64,000 nt of DNA from Myxococcales bacterium (GTDB lineage Bacteria > Myxococcota_A > Polyangia > Polyangiales > DASUME01). This document shows positions 17,945-27,127 of the stretch, one piece after another. The notes beneath the pieces were generated by a model. That model worked only from the letters and a program-made list of their open reading frames with translations. It did no database searches and was not told the DNA's origin. Position numbers and translations under genes: made by a program. The stretch is taken from contig JASGJH010000001.1 of assembly GCA_047601445.1 (NCBI GenBank), positions 6,752,001 through 6,816,000 of the forward strand. Reading direction: 5' to 3'. The first letter of the stretch is position 1. Each line of letters opens with the position of its first letter.

Positions 17945-20610
17945 GCATGCCTACCGAGGCCCCGCAGGTGGCCGAACTGCGCGCGGAGGAAGCGCAGACT
18001 GCCCAGCTCGGGCGCCGGATCAAGCTCGGATTCCTGGTGTTTTCGGTGAGCTTGATGGTGGCGCTGTCGGGCGTGATCTTCCTGATCATCTCCCAGATTT
18101 TCGGCTCCCTGACCCCCTCCATCCGGCGCGACCTCGAGTGGAAGGCCTCGCGCGGCGCGCTGGCGCTGGGGCGCGACGTGGAGCTCGGGGCCATCACGGA
18201 GGACGCCGCGGCGCTCGCCCAGCAGGTCTCGCACTACGCACATGATCCGGACGTGCGGGCCATCCTCGTGGTCAGTCCTCAGGGCAAGACCCTGTATGCC
18301 TTTGGCAAGAGTGAGCTATCGCAAGAGCAGCTCTTTTTGGGGCGTCCCGGCGAGCTGAAGCGAAGCCATGACTCCCTGTACGCCCACGCCGTCTCCACCA
18401 TCGAAGGCGCCGAGGTCGGCAAGGTCGGGCTGGTGATCTCGGCCGCGCGCATCCGGGCGGGCGACGAGCTGCGCTCGAACGTGCTCCTCACGGGCGCCGT
18501 GGCCTGCCTGGTGGCGCTCGGCCTGTCGCTCGCCTTCGTGAATCTCTGGGTCAGTCCGCTGCTCGAGATCGTCAGGCGCGCGTTCACCAAGCTCGCCGAG
18601 ACCACGGCCCAGGCACTCGAAACTGCCCGCTTGAAGAGCGAGTTTTTGGCCAATATGAGCCATGAAATCCGCACGCCCATGAACGGCGTGCTCGCCATGA
18701 GCGACATGCTGATGCGCACGGGGCTCGACGAGCGCCAGGCGCGCTTCGCGGAGATCGTGCGCGCGTCGGCGCGCAGCCTGCTGACCATCATCAACGACAT
18801 CCTCGACTTCTCGAAGATCGAGGCCGGCAAGTACGAGCTCACGGCGAGCGACTTCGATCCGCGCATCCAGGTGCAGGAGGTCATCGAGCTGCTCGCGCCG
18901 CGCGCGACCGTCAAGAGCCTCGAGCTCGCCTATCGCATCGCGCCCGACGTGCCCAAGCTCCTGCGCGGCGATCCCGACCGCTTCAAGCAAGTGCTCACCA
19001 ACCTGATCGGCAACGCCATCAAGTTCACCGAGACCGGTGAAGTGGTAGTCACCGTGAAGGTGGCCCAGCGCGGCGCGGAGAACCTGCTCCTGAGCTGCTC
19101 GGTGCGCGACACGGGTCCCGGCATCAGCGCCGAGAACATCGCCAAGCTGTTCCACTCCTTCTCACAGGTCGACGGCTCGAGCACGCGCCAGCACGGCGGC
19201 ACCGGGCTCGGCCTCGCCATCTCGCGGCGGCTCGCGGAGCTGATGGGCGGCACGGTCTCGGTGGAGAGCGTGCTCGGCGAGGGCAGCACCTTCATCTACA
19301 CGGCGTCGATGGCCCTCGTGGCCACCACCGGCGACGAACAGACCTCGCCCGATCACGTGCCCGGAAAGCGCGTGCTCATCGTGGACGACAGCCGCACCGT
19401 GCGCGGTCTGCTGGAGGAGCAGCTCGTGTACTGGGGCATGCGCTGCGTCAGCGTGGAGAACGCCGCCGAGGCCTTGATTTGCATCGAGCAGGCCTTGATG
19501 GAGGGCACGCCCTTCGACGCCGTGTTGCTCGACGCCGAGCTGCCGGAGCAGGGAGGAGTGGCTCTGGCGGGCGCGGTCACGTCGAGCGCACTGACGCTCC
19601 CGGTGGTGTTGATGACCTCGAGCTCCGAGTCGTCGAAGCCCGTGGGCATGCGCGAATTGCCGGCCGTGTCGAAGCCGCTGCGCGAGTCGGACTTGTTCGA
19701 TCGCTTGATGGAGGCGTTCCACACCGGCGGCGGCAAGGACAGCAAGGGCAAGAAGGCGCGCACCCACAGCCGAGCTCAGCTCAAGGGGCGCGTGCTCGCA
19801 GTCGACGACAACGAGATCAACCAGGCCGTGGCCGAGGAACTCCTCACCGAGCTCGGACTCGAAGTGGAGGTCGTGGGCAACGGACTCGAGGCGTTTCAGG
19901 CAGTGCAGCGCAAGCGCTACGACGCCGTGCTGATGGACTGTCAGATGCCCGTGATGGACGGCTATGCGGCCGCCACGGCGATTCGCCACTGGGAGGCGGA
20001 CACCGGAACCCCGCGCACACCGATCGTGGCGCTCACGGCGCATGCGCTCTCTGGTGAGCGTGAGAAGGTGCTCGCGGCGGGCATGGATGATTATCTCACC
20101 AAGCCGATCCCCGTGCGCTCGCTCGAGGTCACGCTCGCGCGCTTTTTGCCCCAGCGGAGCGAAGGATCCGAGCGTTCTCCCAAGCGGCCCGAGCCCAAGG
20201 TCACGCCGTCGTTCGCTCCCGCGACGGATGCGAGCCCTCGCGTGGTCGAGAAGAGTGCGGAGCCAGCCCGCGACGCATCGTTCTACCTGAACCCGGACAT
20301 GCCGCGCTCGGCGCGCATCATCGAGCTGTTCCTCAAGCACGTGCCAGGGCAGCTGAGCTCCCTGCTGGAGGTCTCCGCGCAGCGCGACGCGGAGCAGATC
20401 CGGGCGGCATCCCACAAGCTGAAGGGTGGCTGCGCGAGCATCGGGGCGGTCGCCATGGCCTCCATGTGCGCGCGCATCCAGCACGACGCGGAGAGCGGAA
20501 ATCTCGCCTTCGTGCAGGACATGGCCCACGAGGTGAACCGCCTCTACGGACCGACCTCGAGCGCGTTGCAGCGCGAGCTTCAAGCCAAGTCGAAGCAGGA
20601 GTCAGTCTGA
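17941..20610 (+). CDS. Hybrid sensor histidine kinase (2 TM, periplasmic domain, HisKA, HATPase, 2 REC, Hpt; no HAMP)
   Basis: Start MSMPTE at 17941. EFLANMSHEIRTPMNG, NLIGNAIKFT, GGTGLGL; REC1 VLLDAELP, REC2 VLMDCQMP; Hpt ASHKLKG. Confidence 0.93.
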   Translation: MSMPTEAPQVAELRAEEAQTAQLGRRIKLGFLVFSVSLMVALSGVIFLIISQIFGSLTPSIRRDLEWKASRGALALGRDVELGAITEDAAALAQQVSHYAHDPDVRAILVVSPQGKTLYAFGKSELSQEQLFLGRPGELKRSHDSLYAHAVSTIEGAEVGKVGLVISAARIRAGDELRSNVLLTGAVACLVALGLSLAFVNLWVSPLLEIVRRAFTKLAETTAQALETARLKSEFLANMSHEIRTPMNGVLAMSDMLMRTGLDERQARFAEIVRASARSLLTIINDILDFSKIEAGKYELTASDFDPRIQVQEVIELLAPRATVKSLELAYRIAPDVPKLLRGDPDRFKQVLTNLIGNAIKFTETGEVVVTVKVAQRGAENLLLSCSVRDTGPGISAENIAKLFHSFSQVDGSSTRQHGGTGLGLAISRRLAELMGGTVSVESVLGEGSTFIYTASMALVATTGDEQTSPDHVPGKRVLIVDDSRTVRGLLEEQLVYWGMRCVSVENAAEALICIEQALMEGTPFDAVLLDAELPEQGGVALAGAVTSSALTLPVVLMTSSSESSKPVGMRELPAVSKPLRESDLFDRLMEAFHTGGGKDSKGKKARTHSRAQLKGRVLAVDDNEINQAVAEELLTELGLEVEVVGNGLEAFQAVQRKRYDAVLMDCQMPVMDGYAAATAIRHWEADTGTPRTPIVALTAHALSGEREKVLAAGMDDYLTKPIPVRSLEVTLARFLPQRSEGSERSPKRPEPKVTPSFAPATDASPRVVEKSAEPARDASFYLNPDMPRSARIIELFLKHVPGQLSSLLEVSAQRDAEQIRAASHKLKGGCASIGAVAMASMCARIQHDAESGNLAFVQDMAHEVNRLYGPTSSALQRELQAKSKQESV

Positions 20611-20694
20611 GCCCCCTTCGGCCGTCGTAAACGCACCCACAACGCACTGACAAGACCTTCCTCGTTCATTCACGAGAGCGGAGAGCCCACTAGC

Positions 20695-21441
20695 ATGTCG
20701 TCCACAACATTCTCAAAGCGAACCCCTCACGCAGAGGGCCCCCCGCCGGCCTGGCGAGGCCTCTCGGGTGCAGGCTGGCTCGTCGCGCTCTGCAGCGCGC
20801 TCCTCGGTGGCTGCCTGGTCGACCTCGACGACCGCTGCGGGACTCACCAGAAGTACGACGACACGCTCATCCGCTGTGTCTGCGCAGACGGCTACGGCCT
20901 CTACGGCACCAAGTGCCTGGCATGCGGGGAGAACGAGGTAGGCTCGCTCGACGGCTGCTCCTGTGCACCCGGCACGCTGCGCGTCACGCCCGACGCTCCA
21001 TGCTCGGTGCAGGACACACTCGGCAAGGCGTGCACCAAGGACGAGGAGTGCGTGCACCCCACGTTCAATCACTGTCATCTGACCGATGGCGGTGGCTACT
21101 GCACGCAGCCCAACTGCACGACCACCATGGAGTGTCCGACCTCCGCCAGCTACGCGTGCAACACACGCGAGGCACCGAGCTTCTGCGAGCGTCCTCCCAC
21201 GGGCTTCGGCGCCAGCTGCGCAGGGCCCGACGACTGCGCGAGCTTCGAGGCGTCTTACTGCGAGGTCAACAGCTCGCACGCCTGTCTCGTCAACAACTGC
21301 GCGGCCAATCCGAGCATTTGCTACGGCGACCAGGTGTGCTGCGACATCGGGCTGATCGGCCAATCGATCTGCATCCCGCCCGATCAACTCTCCGACGGTG
21401 CATGCCCTGCAGGCGGCAAGCTGATCAAGGACGGGGTCTGA
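20695..21441 (+). CDS. Cysteine-rich lipoprotein
   Basis: Lipobox LLGGC followed by 26 more Cys in about 205 aa, with EGF-like CxC and GxxCxxxxxC units. Confidence 0.8.
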   Translation: MSSTTFSKRTPHAEGPPPAWRGLSGAGWLVALCSALLGGCLVDLDDRCGTHQKYDDTLIRCVCADGYGLYGTKCLACGENEVGSLDGCSCAPGTLRVTPDAPCSVQDTLGKACTKDEECVHPTFNHCHLTDGGGYCTQPNCTTTMECPTSASYACNTREAPSFCERPPTGFGASCAGPDDCASFEASYCEVNSSHACLVNNCAANPSICYGDQVCCDIGLIGQSICIPPDQLSDGACPAGGKLIKDGV

Positions 21442-21442
21442 C

Positions 21443-22952
21443 ATGCGCGTAAGATCCAGAGTCCTCATGTGGCTGCAGGGCGCGTTGCTCTGGGCCGTCG
21501 CGGTGCCCGCGTGGGCGCAGGCGAATGATCCGAATCTGCCACAAGCGCCCGTGACGGCGCCGGCCGTGCCTGCGGAGGCCCCCGCGGAGCCCGCACTCGT
21601 GCCCGCTCCGAGCGAAGCTCCTGTTCCCACGCTCTACGACGCAGCCGCGGCGAATGCGGAGGCACCCAGTGCCGCCGCAGCAGAATCCCGCGGTCGAAGC
21701 CGCCGCAAGCTCGGCGACGGCCGACGTGACGCCCACCGACGCCCAGCTCGCGGCGTTGATGGCCCAGGAAGAAGCGCCCGCCGAAGCCGAAGACGAGCCT
21801 TTTCCCGTCCAGGTCTACGGCTTCGCGGACGCCGGCTACCGACAGCTGTTCGTGGAGAAGAACAACCCGTGGCTGCTCTTCCTCAACCGACATCCCAGCA
21901 TGTTCGTCGGCAACCTCAACGTGTACCTCGACGCGAAGATGGGCTCCAAATGGCGCAGCCTCGTGGAAGTACGCTTGACCTACCTTCCGCAGGGCGCGCC
22001 TGACACCAGCCTCCAGACCGAGGACGTCCAGCGCCAACAGACGCGCACCCCCGACTATACCGACTTCTCCCGCAGCAAGACCCTCGGCGGCATCATGATC
22101 GAGCGCGCGTACATCGAGTACGCCGCGTTTTCGTGGCTCTCGTTCAAGGCTGGTCAGTGGCTCACGCCCTACGGTATCTGGAACGTCGACCACGGCTCAC
22201 CCGTGATCATCGGCGTGTCCCGACCGTTCATCATCGGTGGCGAACTCATGCCCGAGCATCAGCTAGGCCTATTGGCCGATGGCAGCGTCCCGCTCGGCGA
22301 CAACTGGGAGCTCTCGTACATGGGGGCCGTCTCGAACGGACGCATGGACCGCGTGCCCTACGAGGACATGGACAACAACAAGGCCATCACCGGACGCGCC
22401 GCGCTCACCTGGCGCAAGTACGGGCAGATGACTCTGGGGGGCACCGCATACGTGGGCAGCTTCTCGGACACGATCAATCAGCTGGTCGTGCAGCCCAACG
22501 GTGCTCCCACCAGCCGCGAAAAGATCAAGAGCCAGTACGACGAAACCACCTACGCAGTCGACTACCGCTGGCTCTATAAGGGCCTGCACCTGCAAGCCGA
22601 GTGGATCGTCAACGACCGCAAGTACACCTCCCACGGCCGACCCACCGGACCCGACGGAGGCCTCATCGCCGACCGTCGCAACTCCGGTGGCTACGCGCTG
22701 CTCGGCTACCGCACGCCTTGGCTCACCATCATGCCCTACGGCAAGGCGGAGATCACACCCGATCCCCAGATGCAGGCCATCGGCATCCACCAAAAGATCG
22801 CGCTCCTCACAGGAGGCATCAACGTGCGCCCGCGCCCGAACGTCGTGCTAAAGGCCGAGTACGTCTACGCCTTCTTCCCCAGCGCCCGGCCCAACACCTT
22901 CGAAAGCAACAACATCCGGGGGCTCGACCTCCAGATTGCGTGGCAGTTCTGA
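21443..22952 (+). CDS. Outer-membrane porin/beta-barrel with Pro/Ala-rich N-terminal linker; +1 frameshift near 21688
   Basis: Signal peptide (AVPAWA) in ORF 21443 and barrel in ORF 21654..22952 (VYGFADAGY, IERAYIEY, FKAGQWLTPYGIWN, LKAEY, terminal LQIAWQF). The two frames differ by +1. Confidence 0.8.
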
Positions 22953-23431
22953 TGGAAACCTCAGCACTCACCCGCAGAACCTTCCTCTCCCTCGTCGGGC
23001 TCAGCGTCCTCGGCGCTGCAGCTCGCGTACACGCCGACGACCCCATCGTGGTGGTCGTCAGTGCCAAGAGCTCTCAAAAGGACCTCTCGATGGGCAAGCT
23101 GCGCCGCATCTTCTTGAATCAGGCGACTGATGACGATGATCGGAACCGCTTCCTGCCGATCAACGCGATGGCAAAGTCATCGCTGCGCGTACGCTTCGAT
23201 CAGGTGGTGCTCGACATGAGTGCCGACGAAGTTGGGCGGTACTGGGTGGATCAGCGCATCCGTGGATCGCAGCCGCCGCGCACGGTGCCCGACTTCGCGC
23301 TGGTGCGAGGTGTCGTCGCGAAGTGGCCGGGTGCGATCGCTTATCTGCCGGCCAGTCAGTTGCGGGCGGATGTGAAGGCGCTGGCGATCGACGGGCACTT
23401 GCCGGGGATGGGTGGGTATCCGTTGAGGTGA
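22952..23431 (+). CDS. Tat-exported small phosphate-binding-protein-like (PstS-like fold) periplasmic protein
   Basis: TGATG overlap with the porin gene; TRRTFL Tat motif; IVVVVS..LRRIFL...YWVDQRIRG..PP...V..WPGAIAYLP pattern of porin-associated PBP-like proteins. Confidence 0.78.
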   Translation: METSALTRRTFLSLVGLSVLGAAARVHADDPIVVVVSAKSSQKDLSMGKLRRIFLNQATDDDDRNRFLPINAMAKSSLRVRFDQVVLDMSADEVGRYWVDQRIRGSQPPRTVPDFALVRGVVAKWPGAIAYLPASQLRADVKALAIDGHLPGMGGYPLR

Positions 23432-23514
23432 ACGGGTGAGGGGCGAAAGGCGCCCCGCACGCTGTTTCGCTGCGAAATTGGGCGGCCTTGGTCCCAACCC
23501 TTCCGATCGTTGGC

Positions 23515-24345
23515 TCAGCAACCTGGCTGTTGCACGGTTGCGAAGGTGGGGGCGACGGACGCCTTCTTCTCGTCGATGCGCTCGTAAAACCAGCACCACG
23601 AGTGGGCGTGGCCACCGACGAATCGTGGCATGTTGGATGCGGCTACCTCGAAAGCGACCACATCGCCGGAGCTGTTGAAGTGATCTGCAAGTCGGACCGC
23701 GAGCTGTCCGAGGATGGCCTCGTCTCGATACATCGAGCCCGTGACGGAGTGCACCACCTCGTCGATCGCCGCTCTGCGTTCCAAAGGTCGCGCCACGGCG
23801 AGCGCAGCCTCGAGCGCACGCATCAAGACGTCGCTCGGTGGACTTGGCGAAGCGTCGTCCAGGTCGTACTCGGTCGCAGCTTTGAGTTCGGCACGATCCA
23901 CGCGCACGCCATATTGCGTGCAGAGCGCGAGCGGATAGATCTCGCCAACACTCCAAAACACCAGCTCGGGCCGGTCGTACAGCGCGTGGGCCTCTTGTAG
24001 CTGGGTGTAGAACTCGCACAGCGACCAGGCGAGTTCCTGGCGTGAGATGAGCGCATCGACGAGCAAGACGACCTGAGAATCCGCGCGAAAGCGATGCACC
24101 TTCAGCAAAGCCGCAGCGAGCTGCTGACGCCGTTTCGTGGAAAAGGCGTCCTCCGACCAGATGAACCGCATGAGCACGTCTTCGATGTCAGCGTCGGTTT
24201 TCCGAGCGGCAGCGAAAAGACAGGCTTTCCAATCGAGGGGGGCACCGTGCTCGCTCTGGCAGGTCGGCCCGTCAGCGACGACGGTACCTGGCAGCAGAGC
24301 CCATGCCGTGACCATTGCGACGAGGCGCTTCGACAGTTCAATCAC
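23515..24345 (-). CDS. Hypothetical secreted protein
   Basis: Open frame with natural composition; signal-like VIELSKRLVAMVTAWALLPGTVVA from GTG 24345. No family recognised. Confidence 0.55.
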   Translation of the reverse strand: MIELSKRLVAMVTAWALLPGTVVADGPTCQSEHGAPLDWKACLFAAARKTDADIEDVLMRFIWSEDAFSTKRRQQLAAALLKVHRFRADSQVVLLVDALISRQELAWSLCEFYTQLQEAHALYDRPELVFWSVGEIYPLALCTQYGVRVDRAELKAATEYDLDDASPSPPSDVLMRALEAALAVARPLERRAAIDEVVHSVTGSMYRDEAILGQLAVRLADHFNSSGDVVAFEVAASNMPRFVGGHAHSWCWFYERIDEKKASVAPTFATVQQPGC

Positions 24346-24347
24346 GG

Positions 24348-24911
24348 CTAAAACGTCCTGCGCAAAGCGATCCCCCACGGAGCCCCGCTCGTGCGGGGCA
24401 CCACCGGCACCAAGGAGAACGCCGCAGGGCCTGAGCTCTTGAGTTCACGTATCTCGCGGTTGATCTCGCGTACTCGCGGCTGTCTGGTCGTCCTCAATTT
24501 CGCTCCCAGTGCCATGGCGCCGCCGACCAGGATCAGAACGGGTGCCGAGCTCATGAGGACGACGCCCACGGTGGTGGCGGGACCGCTCTGGTGACCGTTT
24601 TCGCCGAGATCCGAGTCGCCGATCAAGAGCAGGGCGCCGACTACCAGCGACCCTCCACCCAGGCCCATGAGTGAAAATCCCACGGCACGGATACGGTGGT
24701 AGCGCGGAGTGCGGCGGGCGCGGATGAGGGCCCTGCGCTCGGCCACCAGCGCCGCGATGCGCTCATTGCGACAGGTCTCGCTCTCGAGGTAGGAACAGGT
24801 GGGGACGGGGCTCGCATCAGGTGTTTGAGCGGAGGCGCTGGCCATGGGGGCCAACACAGCGAACCACAGGGCGACGACGGAGCACGCCGTGACTAGCCAC
24901 GGCCACGACAT
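24348..24911 (-). CDS. Hypothetical membrane protein
   Basis: Signal peptide from MSWPWLV, two Gly-rich TM helices, C-terminal WGIALRRTF. Confidence 0.6.
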   Translation of the reverse strand: MSWPWLVTACSVVALWFAVLAPMASASAQTPDASPVPTCSYLESETCRNERIAALVAERRALIRARRTPRYHRIRAVGFSLMGLGGGSLVVGALLLIGDSDLGENGHQSGPATTVGVVLMSSAPVLILVGGAMALGAKLRTTRQPRVREINREIRELKSSGPAAFSLVPVVPRTSGAPWGIALRRTF

Positions 24912-25110
24912 CGTGACGGAGTGGCGCGGCCACTTGCTCGGGGTGACTCGTTCCTCGTGCCGCACGGCGTTCCTAACCAGGGGTTGAACGGGAAATTTCG
25001 TCCAATTTGCCGTCGTGAGCAAGCGCAAGTGCCGGCTCAGCTTTCTCGCTGGGCTCGCGGTCTTCGTAGCGTGGGGCCGGCACAGCAAGGCGCGGGTGGG
25101 TCGATGACCC

Positions 25111-25740
25111 TCAAGCCCAGGCCGCCACAACCACTCCATCTACTACGTCCAGCCAGAGCCGCGCCGGTTGGGTTGTTCCCGGCGCGATGTGCGCGAGCTC
25201 TGCGGCCACTTCGTTGAACACGGGCTCTGCGTTTCCGTACAGCCCATCCAGATTCCCAAACCACGTCGCCGATCCGGCCTCGTTTAGGCCCACAAAGGGC
25301 CGACCCAACAAGGGGCGAGCCATCCCGTCCACTTGCTCTTCGACAAGTTCGTCGATGGTGAGTCTCTCGATGATGGGCCACGCACCGCTGGTCCCTTCTC
25401 GGGGCACGAACGGTACGCGGACCATGGCCACCGCTTCAATTGCCGTGGATGCGTACCCAACCAACGTCCGCCAGTTCTGGCCGAAGCTCTCCTCAACTCG
25501 ACTGACGACGAATACCTCGGTACCTGGCCGTGCAGCCAGTGCAGTCTGGACCTCGACGATGATGGTGTCCTGCTCGGGAGCGACCTTCGTGTAGAGCTGT
25601 TCGGCCCACGGGTCGCCATTACGCCGAAGCGTCTCCAGGTAGACCTCGCGCGCGTGAGTCGCAGCAGCCTGGTCGTGAAAGAGCCCAACCAAGACGTCCA
25701 AACCGCTATAGTGCGAGATGCGGCGAATGATGAGAAACAT
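25111..25740 (-). CDS. Hypothetical protein
   Basis: 209-aa ORF with natural composition and a possible internal duplication (VLVGLFHDQAAA / TLVGYASTAIEA). Confidence 0.55.
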   Translation of the reverse strand: MFLIIRRISHYSGLDVLVGLFHDQAAATHAREVYLETLRRNGDPWAEQLYTKVAPEQDTIIVEVQTALAARPGTEVFVVSRVEESFGQNWRTLVGYASTAIEAVAMVRVPFVPREGTSGAWPIIERLTIDELVEEQVDGMARPLLGRPFVGLNEAGSATWFGNLDGLYGNAEPVFNEVAAELAHIAPGTTQPARLWLDVVDGVVVAAWA

Positions 25741-25908
25741 CGATTCTTAGGGTAGCAAGGTCCAGCGTCACGGGTGGCTTTGCAAGCACACTGGAGGGAT
25801 TCACCCTGAACACGGCTTGAAGCGGTGACGAGCGTTGAGCGACTCTGTCGATGGGTTGGCCGCGGGCGGGTCCGACGGTGATGCGCCCGGGTGGAAGAGT
25901 AGGGCCGG

Positions 25909-26442
25909 ATGGAGTTTGATGACCTCAAAGCAACCTGGGATGGAGACAACTGGCTTGCCAGCGTCCGCGTTCCCACATGGGCTCCCTTCTTGCGAGAGTC
26001 CTCAGACCGAGTTCAGCTCACGTTCCTTCGCGACGAGGAGGCCGACGAGCAGCAGCCACCGTCGCCGGTGCAGTTGGCCACCGCGGCATGGTTCGCACAG
26101 AACGAGGGGGCCCTCGCGGGCTTGGTGGCCGCAGCGATGCGCGCCTACTACGACGAGTCTCGTCCCAAGTACCTCGATTTTCTCGAGGACGCGGCGTCTG
26201 AGATGCCCGCGGACCCGACACCTGAGAAGTTTGCCGAACTACATGGGCTCCACGAGGTTCTCGTGCATGCGACGGAGCTCGCGGGCTTGGCCTATGTGGG
26301 CTTGAACTTCGGCGCCTCCTGGGAGCGCGAGCATGGCCTCGGTGTGCTGATGCACGACCGGCGCATCGTCGACATCGGTGGCGCAGACACGTCTTTCATC
26401 GGGTGGAACGCGGACCAAGACAAGCGAGCACGGGAAGGCTAG
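25909..26442 (+). CDS. DUF6985/DUF2004-like protein
   Basis: C-terminal YVGLNFGASWEREHGLGVLMH..RIVDIG motif characteristic of this uncharacterised family. Confidence 0.65.
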   Translation: MEFDDLKATWDGDNWLASVRVPTWAPFLRESSDRVQLTFLRDEEADEQQPPSPVQLATAAWFAQNEGALAGLVAAAMRAYYDESRPKYLDFLEDAASEMPADPTPEKFAELHGLHEVLVHATELAGLAYVGLNFGASWEREHGLGVLMHDRRIVDIGGADTSFIGWNADQDKRAREG

Positions 26443-26999
26443 TTCCCTGCGAGTTGCTCCTTGAGGTCGTCGTCCAGCGGCGTCTCGCCGAGCCATGCGC
26501 CGAACACTGCGTCGGCGAAGTCCTTGCCAGGGATCACGCCGCTGTCGGTGCCGGGCCCGCGCAGGCGGGTGCCCTGGCCGGGCACATAGGTGATCACCAA
26601 GCGCTGACCCTCTTTGGCATCGGGCAGCGCAGCGAGGAAGCGCTCGAGACGCTTGGCCAGTAGAGGCAGGTGAGCCTGCGCGTTGGTCGTGATGCCGTCG
26701 TGAAACTCTTCCACCAGTCGCTTCCTCGGTGCACTGTGCGTGAGCAGCAATTCGAGTTGCCGCAGGCCGTCGTGGGTGAGGATCTGCGCAGGGCTCGCGC
26801 TGTTCACCTCGAGGTAGAGCCCGATCGTGTAGACCTTGATGCGAAAGATGGACTTCTGGCGCACTCCGCTGCCGTTCAACTTGAGCTGCTTGCCCTCGAC
26901 GGTGACGACGCTCGGTAGCGCTCCGTCGGCCGACACATGAGGTACGGCCGCGAGCGACAGACCGCTCGCAAGTACGAACACCTTCATGGATGTCTTCAT
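26439..26999 (-). CDS. Chalcone-isomerase-like periplasmic protein (Chalcone_3 type)
   Basis: Signal peptide; LKLNGSGVRQKSIFRIKVYTIGLYL...YVPGQGT...FADAVFGAWLGETP. Confidence 0.88.
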   Translation of the reverse strand: MKTSMKVFVLASGLSLAAVPHVSADGALPSVVTVEGKQLKLNGSGVRQKSIFRIKVYTIGLYLEVNSASPAQILTHDGLRQLELLLTHSAPRKRLVEEFHDGITTNAQAHLPLLAKRLERFLAALPDAKEGQRLVITYVPGQGTRLRGPGTDSGVIPGKDFADAVFGAWLGETPLDDDLKEQLAGN

Positions 27000-27127
27000 G
27001 GATTCACCTCGAGTCCATGTTGGCGACGGGCCATCCCGGTGCAATGCCAATGCGTGAATCGCTGCGAGTTCTGAGACAGTCGGGGTTGACTGTCCAAGAA
27101 CGGCACACGCGGAGCCGCAGCACTCGA

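Noticed and set aside
23440..23456. GGGGCG-AAAGG-CGCCCC hairpin after cassette B as an intrinsic terminator
   Set aside because: The stem is short and has no adjacent U-tract on either strand.
23432..26442. Integron cassette array or prophage remnant
   Set aside because: No attC-like repeats, integrase, phage genes or flanking direct repeats, and the genes are in mixed orientation.
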